From positions 1 through 64,000 of IMG/VR virus record IMGVR_UViG_3300011113_000253: 64,000 bases of DNA; one strand, written 5' to 3'. The stretch comes from a virus (taxonomy: Duplodnaviria; Caudoviricetes). The notes under the pieces are model-generated. The model was not told the DNA's origin. It saw only the letters and a program-made list of their open reading frames with translations, and did not search any database. Within the stretch, counting starts at the first letter, position 1. Every line of letters begins with the position of its first letter. Below are positions 57,194 to 64,000 of the stretch, one piece after another. Position numbers and translations under genes: made by a program.

Positions 57194-60001
57194 ATGCCAC
57201 CAAAAACTGATGTTAAGTTTAATAATCAAGGTTTTATTACATCTTACATAACTGAAATAATTGAATTAATAAAACCTACGTATGACAACATCTTAACTTT
57301 AGATACTTCAGAAAAAAGTCTTCCAGAAACAATAGCTTTGTTAACAGGTAAGACTGATGGGTTAAAATTAACAAATTTAAAAGCCTATCAATACAATTCT
57401 TTGATTCCAAAAATTAGATTATTTAGAGTAAATTCAGAAGATGATAGTGAGTATGAGTTTATTTTTAGTAAAGATTACAAATACAATTATCTTAGTGAAA
57501 ATCATTTTGTAGGAAATAATTGCGGTATTAAGTCCATCAATTGGATCTTGGCAGGTACAAATCCAGCATCATCAGAAAAAACAATTGAAGTAAAAATAGA
57601 ATTTTATTTTGATTCTATTAATTCTTTTTCTGGTGGTAGTTATGACCAAATGTTAAAACTTTGGAACAATAGAACTCCAAGTTTGTTAAGAAGCCCATTT
57701 GATAATCCGACAACAAAACAAACTACAAACTATTGGTCATTAATTTATCATCCATCTATTTTACCAGATCAATACTCAAGTCCTTTATTTAGGATAAAAG
57801 CAATTGTTGGATGGGAACAACTAAGACCAGAAATACTTAATGAAATTTTTAAAGGTAAACAAGACATAAATGAAGAGTTTTATGATTCTGATCTTGTTAT
57901 GTACCTAAACCTTGTACAACATAATTTTGCTTTCAATGAGGATGGCAGCATTAAACTAACAGCAAATTACATTGCTAGTTTAGAAAATAGTTTATTTTCT
58001 ACAAATTTTGATTTATTAAAAGGATTAAAAGAAAGTTTAGATAAACTAAAAGATGTAGACGTTTTAACACTAGATTCTCCTTACGATGCTGTTGATCTTC
58101 AAACAGTTACTCCTGGTTTTGAACTAGAAACATCTAATGAAAAAGCAGATGTAGAATTATTATCAAAATCTTTAACAATAACTCAATTAGAAAGAAGAAT
58201 AAAGTTCTTAACTTATTTATCAAATGGTAATGATCTTTCAAAATTAAAAACAGAATTAAATTTATGTCTTGGTCCTAATGCAACTTTAGCAAACCTTGGG
58301 ATACCAGATTTAGATTATTCTACTGGTGTAGCACAGGAAAAAGTACAAGAACTATTAACAACTTATTCTGCTACTGCTGATCTAGCACAAAATTTAATTG
58401 ATTCAAGAACTGTAGAAATAAAACAATTTTATTATTCTCAATTAATAAAAGAATTAATTAAAACAACAAATGGTAAAAATAAAATTTTTCTTTTACCAGT
58501 AGATGCTCCGTTTGTTAAACAATGGTTAAATTGGAAAAATGGTATTGGTAGTGCTAGTAAACCAAAGTTTTCAATAACAAGAACTGGTAGTATTTTACCA
58601 CAAGACGAGACAGCTTTAGATAAAAAACTTTCTAATCTTGATTTGGCAAGAACTTCAAGCGATGGATTAGAGTGGTTTGAAGGAGATCCAGATGATTTTG
58701 GCGAAGCTCAGCAGACATTAAGAAATGAAGAAGAATCTGTAACTTCTAAAAGAATTATGTTTACTACTTTTGGTTACTTAATAGACGCAGCTATAACAAT
58801 AATTAGAAATAAGTACGGTTCAAATTTAAAAGAACTTGAAAGAAATAAAATTTTATTTTCTACTTTTTCTGAGGTTGTACAAATACCAAACCAACCAAAG
58901 AACTTTTCAATTGCAGACATACCTATTGAAATTAATTTTTTTGTTAATTTTTTAGATAATGAATTGTATGAAAAAGGAGTTAAAGAATACCCTTTATTTA
59001 AATTTATTAAAGACTTAACAATAAAAGCAGCAGAACCATCACTTGAATCGAGAGAAATTTATAACGGTAATGTTAATAAGTATTCAAATACTTCGTTAGT
59101 TAGTACTATTATTTCATTAGGATCAACAGACCCAAAAAATCATCCTTTATCAGATTTTATTGATCCAAATACAAATGCAGTAAAGTTTGGATTATCAATT
59201 AATAAAACAAATTTAAAACCATTTTATTTAACAAGAACAAATTTATCTAATACAAAATTAATTCCATTTAATTATTTTATTGTTTACGATAAATTTAATA
59301 AAGATTTTACTGGTGTTGAGAATAAAGTTGCTGACGAAAAACGAGGAATTTATCATTATACTTTAGCACAAGATTATGGTTTAGTAAAATCAATAAACTT
59401 TAAAAAAATAGATCAACCATTTTTAAGAGAATCAAAATCTGTTGGAAAGAAAACTATTTATCTTGGACAATTTAGAGATCTTTATAATGCTGAAATAAAA
59501 ATGATTGGCAATAACATTTATTACCCTGGCATGATGTTGTTTATAAAACCTAATGTTGAATTTGGAAGAGTTATTTCAACAGTAAAATCTGCTCCTACAT
59601 TTGCACAATTAACTGGTATAGGCGGTTATTATACTGTTACAAAAGTTACAAGTGAAATAACTGACGAAGCGTATACAACTACTTTAGATTGTGTATTTCA
59701 TTCCAACGATGGTTTACAACCAAGCGAAGCAGAATCACAAGATTGTAATTATACAGAATTAGAAAAAGCTGGTCTTTATGACTCAAGTGGAAAAGTTCTA
59801 CCAGAAATGAGTTTAATTCTTGCTAACTTAAAAGAAATTGTTGACGATGTGGCAGAGCAAAAAGAAGAATTAGATAGAGAAAAGAAACTACAACAATTAC
59901 AACAAGATCTTGAAATCAGTATGCAACAAGGTGAAATTTCTCGTGCAGCACAAATTGCGTTAGAAGCAGAAATAGAATACCTTAAAAGTTTTTTTGATTA
60001 A
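57194..60001 (+). CDS. putative baseplate hub protein
   Basis: GIKSINW, NFAFNEDGSIKL, IKMIGNNIYYPGM and GIGGYYTVTKV; follows the LysM protein. Confidence 0.6.
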   Translation: MPPKTDVKFNNQGFITSYITEIIELIKPTYDNILTLDTSEKSLPETIALLTGKTDGLKLTNLKAYQYNSLIPKIRLFRVNSEDDSEYEFIFSKDYKYNYLSENHFVGNNCGIKSINWILAGTNPASSEKTIEVKIEFYFDSINSFSGGSYDQMLKLWNNRTPSLLRSPFDNPTTKQTTNYWSLIYHPSILPDQYSSPLFRIKAIVGWEQLRPEILNEIFKGKQDINEEFYDSDLVMYLNLVQHNFAFNEDGSIKLTANYIASLENSLFSTNFDLLKGLKESLDKLKDVDVLTLDSPYDAVDLQTVTPGFELETSNEKADVELLSKSLTITQLERRIKFLTYLSNGNDLSKLKTELNLCLGPNATLANLGIPDLDYSTGVAQEKVQELLTTYSATADLAQNLIDSRTVEIKQFYYSQLIKELIKTTNGKNKIFLLPVDAPFVKQWLNWKNGIGSASKPKFSITRTGSILPQDETALDKKLSNLDLARTSSDGLEWFEGDPDDFGEAQQTLRNEEESVTSKRIMFTTFGYLIDAAITIIRNKYGSNLKELERNKILFSTFSEVVQIPNQPKNFSIADIPIEINFFVNFLDNELYEKGVKEYPLFKFIKDLTIKAAEPSLESREIYNGNVNKYSNTSLVSTIISLGSTDPKNHPLSDFIDPNTNAVKFGLSINKTNLKPFYLTRTNLSNTKLIPFNYFIVYDKFNKDFTGVENKVADEKRGIYHYTLAQDYGLVKSINFKKIDQPFLRESKSVGKKTIYLGQFRDLYNAEIKMIGNNIYYPGMMLFIKPNVEFGRVISTVKSAPTFAQLTGIGGYYTVTKVTSEITDEAYTTTLDCVFHSNDGLQPSEAESQDCNYTELEKAGLYDSSGKVLPEMSLILANLKEIVDDVAEQKEELDREKKLQQLQQDLEISMQQGEISRAAQIALEAEIEYLKSFFD

Positions 60002-60012
60002 TAGGAATAAAA

Positions 60013-61209
60013 ATGGCAACAATAGCAAGAAATAATCAAAAATCTATAGAACAATTTACATTTAGAAAATACTATGATGTTGTGTATTATCCAAAAGAAT
60101 ACACAAACATTATTGATTTCTGGAAAAATTCAATTCTTTATGGAAAGATTAATAGAGATTTAGATTCAATTATTTTAAATACTAATAATCTTAAAGTTCT
60201 CAAAACAAGCAACATAAACCAAGCAAATCAATTTTATGCTATTTCTTTCGTTGCAGATGCCTTTAATGAAATGGTTATTGAGTTTCAAAGAGCAAATCAA
60301 TTAAGTTTAATTCCTAAATCAAAATTAAATCCATTAAAAATTGTAAGAGCAACAACAATACCACAAAATAACTATAATGAAACAATAAGAACATTTTTAG
60401 ATAAAGTATTTGATCAAAATAAATTAAGAAATTCTATAACTAATTTAAATGATTTTCTTAATGAGTTTTGTTATCTTATGAATAATACTGGTTTATACAT
60501 TTCTCAAACAGCTTTTATGACAAGCGGAATTGCTTCGCCAACCACTACAGGATTAGTAATTGATTTATCTAATCTTAATAATGGTGACGATCAATTAAAA
60601 GTTAATCAATTTTTAAATGATCCAAATTATAAATTTTTCATTAATACAGCAGAAAAATACAGTTTTTTTGTTGATAAGAATGCACCCTGGAGATTAGTAT
60701 TCAATCTTTCAACAAATTATGCATTAGAAAAAATGAAACAAAACAATTTTAATTCTCTTGATGAAATGTTTGATAACGCTTATACTACGACATACATAAC
60801 AGATTGGAAAATTATTAAAGATACATTAATACAATACTACAATGACAATGTATTTGTAAAGAACAAAATACAAAGTCCCATTTTAAATAATGAAGGACAA
60901 CTTATAAACAGAACAATAAATAAACAACAAATTAATAGCAATACTTATGATGATTTATTTTGGATTAAAATGTATTATTTTATTAGATTAAGAGAAGAAA
61001 ATTTTAGAATTAATCAAAATCAATTTGAAAATAAATTACATACATTAACCGCAATTTATAATGCATCTGGAGAATTATCTACTTTGCAATACATCAATAA
61101 AGATACAAAACCATTCCTTGACGGTGGAACAAATCCAGATTATGCTCAAGTAATCGAAGTAAGTAAGAAGAAGAAAATGAAGTCTTCTAATTTTATTTAT
61201 AAATTTTAA
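60013..61209 (+). CDS. hypothetical protein
   Basis: 398 aa ORF; FVADAF and FFVDKNAPWRLV. Confidence 0.6.
   Translation: MATIARNNQKSIEQFTFRKYYDVVYYPKEYTNIIDFWKNSILYGKINRDLDSIILNTNNLKVLKTSNINQANQFYAISFVADAFNEMVIEFQRANQLSLIPKSKLNPLKIVRATTIPQNNYNETIRTFLDKVFDQNKLRNSITNLNDFLNEFCYLMNNTGLYISQTAFMTSGIASPTTTGLVIDLSNLNNGDDQLKVNQFLNDPNYKFFINTAEKYSFFVDKNAPWRLVFNLSTNYALEKMKQNNFNSLDEMFDNAYTTTYITDWKIIKDTLIQYYNDNVFVKNKIQSPILNNEGQLINRTINKQQINSNTYDDLFWIKMYYFIRLREENFRINQNQFENKLHTLTAIYNASGELSTLQYINKDTKPFLDGGTNPDYAQVIEVSKKKKMKSSNFIYKF
61118..61146 (+). promoter_or_regulatory. sigma70-type promoter (TTGACG-17-TATGCT) for the polA-like gene
   Basis: Exact 17 nt spacing inside the 3' end of the upstream gene; GAGG RBS before ATG 61220. 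Confidence 0.55.
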
Positions 61210-61219
61210 TGAGGCTAAA

Positions 61220-62362
61220 ATGTTTGTTGAACCTCTTGATAATAAAGGCGAGTGTGTGGGCTTTTATTGTCAAAATGAAATAATTCAAAATTTACCAGAT
61301 TATGTAAAATCTTGGAGTTATCATCCATCCTTTAATGGTGGTGATTATGCTTATTTGTATTGCCAAGATGAAATTAATAAGTTTTGTCCAGATAATGCAA
61401 AAGATGATTGGAAACTTGTTAATGATAAGATGAAAGCTTATTTTAAATCTTTCTCAAATGCTAAAATTAATCTTGATGATAATTGTTTATTTGAAATGAT
61501 TCCACACAAGTTTCTTATGACTTATTATGAAGTCAAAACAAAAATTGTTGAACACATTCTAAATACGGTTGCAAAGCCAAAAGATTATGATTATCTCGTT
61601 AAATTATCAGAAGTTCTTTGGGACATTAAAAGTAGACCATTGAATGTTGTGTTGGATGGTGTGGAAGATAAAAAGATAATCCAAAAGTATTCAAACATTA
61701 GTAGATTTATTAACTATGACATTTTTGGAACAAAGACAGGTAGACTATCAACCCATAAACGTTCATTCCCAATAATGCAGATGGATAAGAATCATCGTTC
61801 TATTATCCATCCTACAAATGATTGGTTTGTTGAGCTTGATTATAACGGAGCAGAACTTAGAACGTTTCTTGCTCTTGCAGGAAAGCCACAACCCAAAGAA
61901 GATATTCACGATTGGAATAATCAACACATTTTTGATAACAAGAAAACAAGGGATGAAGCAAAAGTAGCATTTCTTGCATGGCTTTATGGAGATACTAAAA
62001 ATGAAAAGGCTGAATCGATTTACAATAAAGAAGAAGTACTTAATAGATTTTGGGATGGAGAAAAGGTTACTACGTTCTACGGCTTACAAATTTCAGCAGA
62101 TAATCATCATGCTCTTTCTTACATTGTTCAGTCTACATTTGGTCAGCTTGCTCTTCGTCAGATGATTAAAGTGTTTCAGTTTCTAAAAGGTCGTAAATCT
62201 TTTATTGCTTTTACTATTCATGACAACATTGTGATTGATCTTGCAGACGAAGATAAAAAAGACCTAAAAAAAATTATGAAGATTTATTCCAATACTGACC
62301 TTGGGATGTTTAAAGTAAACGTGAAAGCAGGAAGTAATTACGGTGAAATGCGTAAGATTTAA
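61220..62362 (+). CDS. family A DNA polymerase (minimal, no recognisable exonuclease domain)
   Basis: TKTGRLS, motif A ELDYNGAELR, motif B RDEAKVAFLAWLYG, VQST and motif C IHDN. Confidence 0.85.
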   Translation: MFVEPLDNKGECVGFYCQNEIIQNLPDYVKSWSYHPSFNGGDYAYLYCQDEINKFCPDNAKDDWKLVNDKMKAYFKSFSNAKINLDDNCLFEMIPHKFLMTYYEVKTKIVEHILNTVAKPKDYDYLVKLSEVLWDIKSRPLNVVLDGVEDKKIIQKYSNISRFINYDIFGTKTGRLSTHKRSFPIMQMDKNHRSIIHPTNDWFVELDYNGAELRTFLALAGKPQPKEDIHDWNNQHIFDNKKTRDEAKVAFLAWLYGDTKNEKAESIYNKEEVLNRFWDGEKVTTFYGLQISADNHHALSYIVQSTFGQLALRQMIKVFQFLKGRKSFIAFTIHDNIVIDLADEDKKDLKKIMKIYSNTDLGMFKVNVKAGSNYGEMRKI

Positions 62363-62370
62363 CTATTTAT
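62361..62370 (+). promoter_or_regulatory. putative late promoter (AACTATTTAT)
   Basis: At the polA stop; AAGGA RBS and ATG 62401 follow. Confidence 0.6.
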
Positions 62371-62400
62371 TGTGTAAGTAAATTAAAGGAAAATTTTATA

Positions 62401-63033
62401 ATGATTATAACAGAATCACAATTAAGACTTATAGTTAGACAAGAACTTTTAGAAGTATTAAGTGAAAATAATCCAGATCTTTTAAACGAAGGAAGACTTG
62501 GACAATTATTTGCTAAATTTGCTTTTCCATTAGCTGTTGCATTTGGTGGTGGAGCTTCATTAGGTACAGCTATAAACCAATCTGATGAAGCATTATCTGG
62601 AGGTCCAGCGATAGCTCAAGTAGCCAGGACAATTGGTGCATCTCAAGTAGATAAAGAGCAGCTTCCAGTATTATCTAAAAAATACATTGAAAGCTTAAGC
62701 CCAAATATTAAATTTGATGTTGATAATAAACAATTAATTTATAAAGGCATTAAAACCACAATAGATAACAGTTTAATAGAACAAGCAAAAAGGTTTGTCA
62801 GTCTTGATCCAAGTGGTAAATCAAGTGAAGTAGATAAATTTATGAGATCGCCAGAAGGTCAAAAATTTAAAAATGATATAGAATTATATATTGAAAAAAA
62901 CCAAGAATTAAATAAAGCAGTAAAAGCTCAAGACAAACAAAATCTAAGTTTAGCTATTGCTCTTATGTGTCTTACTTTGGCGTTGATTACAGCGGTTCAT
63001 GGTGCTGACATAACAACAAAAGATAGGAGATAA
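62401..63033 (+). CDS. leader-tagged membrane protein (possible paralog of 27356)
   Basis: MIITESQLRLIVRQELLEVLSE..LLNE; hydrophobic segments after the leader and at the C-terminus. Confidence 0.55.
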   Translation: MIITESQLRLIVRQELLEVLSENNPDLLNEGRLGQLFAKFAFPLAVAFGGGASLGTAINQSDEALSGGPAIAQVARTIGASQVDKEQLPVLSKKYIESLSPNIKFDVDNKQLIYKGIKTTIDNSLIEQAKRFVSLDPSGKSSEVDKFMRSPEGQKFKNDIELYIEKNQELNKAVKAQDKQNLSLAIALMCLTLALITAVHGADITTKDRR

Positions 63034-63034
63034 A

Positions 63035-63391
63035 ATGGACCAAATAGTAATGCAACTTGTTCAAATGGAACAACAAATGAGAATCTTTCATTGGCAAACA
63101 AAATCGTTTGCCAGACATTCAGCTTTTGGTGGAATCTATGGAACTCTTGGTGATCTTATAGATACTTTTACAGAAGCTTGGATGGGAAGAAACGGGAGAG
63201 TACGTGTTACTGGTCCAATTGAACTACAAAACCTTGGTGGTGATGTAGAACAAATTGTAGATGGATACATTGAAACTCTTATTGGAATGACAGATATTCT
63301 TGACCAACAAAAAGATACAGATCTTTTAAACATTCGCGATGAAATACTTGGCGAGTTTAACAAACTTAAATACCTATTAACACTTAAATAA
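63035..63391 (+). CDS. ferritin/Dps-like four-helix protein (DUF5856-like)
   Basis: FHWQTKSFARHSAFG..LIDTFTE..G and DLLNIRDEIL..KLKYLLTL. Confidence 0.7.
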   Translation: MDQIVMQLVQMEQQMRIFHWQTKSFARHSAFGGIYGTLGDLIDTFTEAWMGRNGRVRVTGPIELQNLGGDVEQIVDGYIETLIGMTDILDQQKDTDLLNIRDEILGEFNKLKYLLTLK

Positions 63392-63759
63392 TGGACCCTT
63401 TAGTACAACAACTTAGAGACTTATTAGAACAGACAGAGCCTTTTCAGAGAAAGATGAAGGCAGGGCACAGTCGTAAAAAGAAAAGAGTTATTGGTCATGG
63501 CAATCAACCCGCTGGTGCCCCTTATAGTGAAAAACCATCTATGGAACGTTCTAAATCTGCTCCTCCTATTGGTGAACACATTGTTAAACAAGGTTCTAAG
63601 TATTGTTTGAAATCAAAAAAGAGTGGTAAGAATCTTGGCTGTTATGATTCTAGAAAAGGTGCAGAAAAAAGAGAAAAACAAGTACAATACTTTAAACACA
63701 TGAAAGAAAACCTTCTTGAAGAAATTGTAAAAGAGGTTATTAAAGAATTACTAAAGTAG
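63391..63759 (+). CDS. small basic phage protein with leader-like helices at both ends
   Basis: LRDLLE; domain [41 protein letters not shown]; C-terminal [14 protein letters not shown]. Confidence 0.55.
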   Translation: MDPLVQQLRDLLEQTEPFQRKMKAGHSRKKKRVIGHGNQPAGAPYSEKPSMERSKSAPPIGEHIVKQGSKYCLKSKKSGKNLGCYDSRKGAEKREKQVQYFKHMKENLLEEIVKEVIKELLK

Positions 63760-63766
63760 GATCAAA

Positions 63767-64000
63767 ATGGAAGAAAAAGATACCGAAGATTCAGTTGTAG
63801 TTGTTGTAATAGATAAAAATAAAATTCTCTTAATTAAAAGATCCAAAACAGATACATGGAAACCATTACATTGGTCATTTCCAGGTGGTCATGTAGAAAA
63901 AGGTGAAGCACCCTATAAAGCTGCTAGAAGAGAGCTTAAAGAAGAAACAGAACTAGATGGTAGAATTAAATACTGTGGTGTTCGTAAAGCTAAAAGTGGT
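63767..64000 (+). CDS. Nudix hydrolase (runs off the window end)
   Basis: [28 protein letters not shown] Nudix box. Confidence 0.88.
   Translation, partial: MEEKDTEDSVVVVVIDKNKILLIKRSKTDTWKPLHWSFPGGHVEKGEAPYKAARRELKEETELDGRIKYCGVRKAKSG

Noticed and set aside
1-64000. Alternative genetic code (TAG or TGA recoding)
   Set aside because: Genes are long and tile the strand under the standard code. TAG and TGA end genes at sensible positions (e.g. 13436, 13973, 44705).
1-64000. Minus-strand and short out-of-frame ORFs in the track
   Set aside because: They lie inside long + strand genes, lack recognisable motifs, and reflect antisense codon bias.
1-64000. CRISPR array, tRNA or rRNA genes
   Set aside because: Intergenic gaps are short (mostly under 120 nt) and show only terminators and promoter motifs. 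No regularly spaced repeats or cloverleaf were seen by eye.

Overview
This 64 kb window comes from a large, AT-rich, T4-related myovirus-type phage genome, with essentially all genes on the + strand. It holds a virion morphogenesis region: baseplate and tail proteins, terminase, portal, gp21-type prohead protease, scaffold, gp23-type major capsid protein, neck, sheath, tube, chaperone, tape measure and hub. Interleaved are replication genes (RuvC-like resolvase, primase, fused SbcD-SbcC, minimal PolA), a phage ribosomal protein bS21, a Bpt/ATE-like transferase, a ferritin-like protein and a Nudix hydrolase. Four observations stand out. (1) About 8 to 10 otherwise mostly unrelated ORFs share an N-terminal leader (M..TE..LR.II[KR]EEL...LxE) that looks like a capsid-targeting, protease-cleaved tag, and several of the cargos are predicted membrane proteins. 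(2) The tetranucleotide ATAT is almost absent from long blocks, enforced by synonymous codon choice, but common in sharply bounded segments. (3) There is a probable +1 (not -1) frameshift in the tail chaperone gene. (4) An intergenic CTATTTA late-promoter-like motif co-occurs with canonical sigma70 promoters embedded ahead of replication genes. All calls were made by eye from motifs and synteny; no searches were run.
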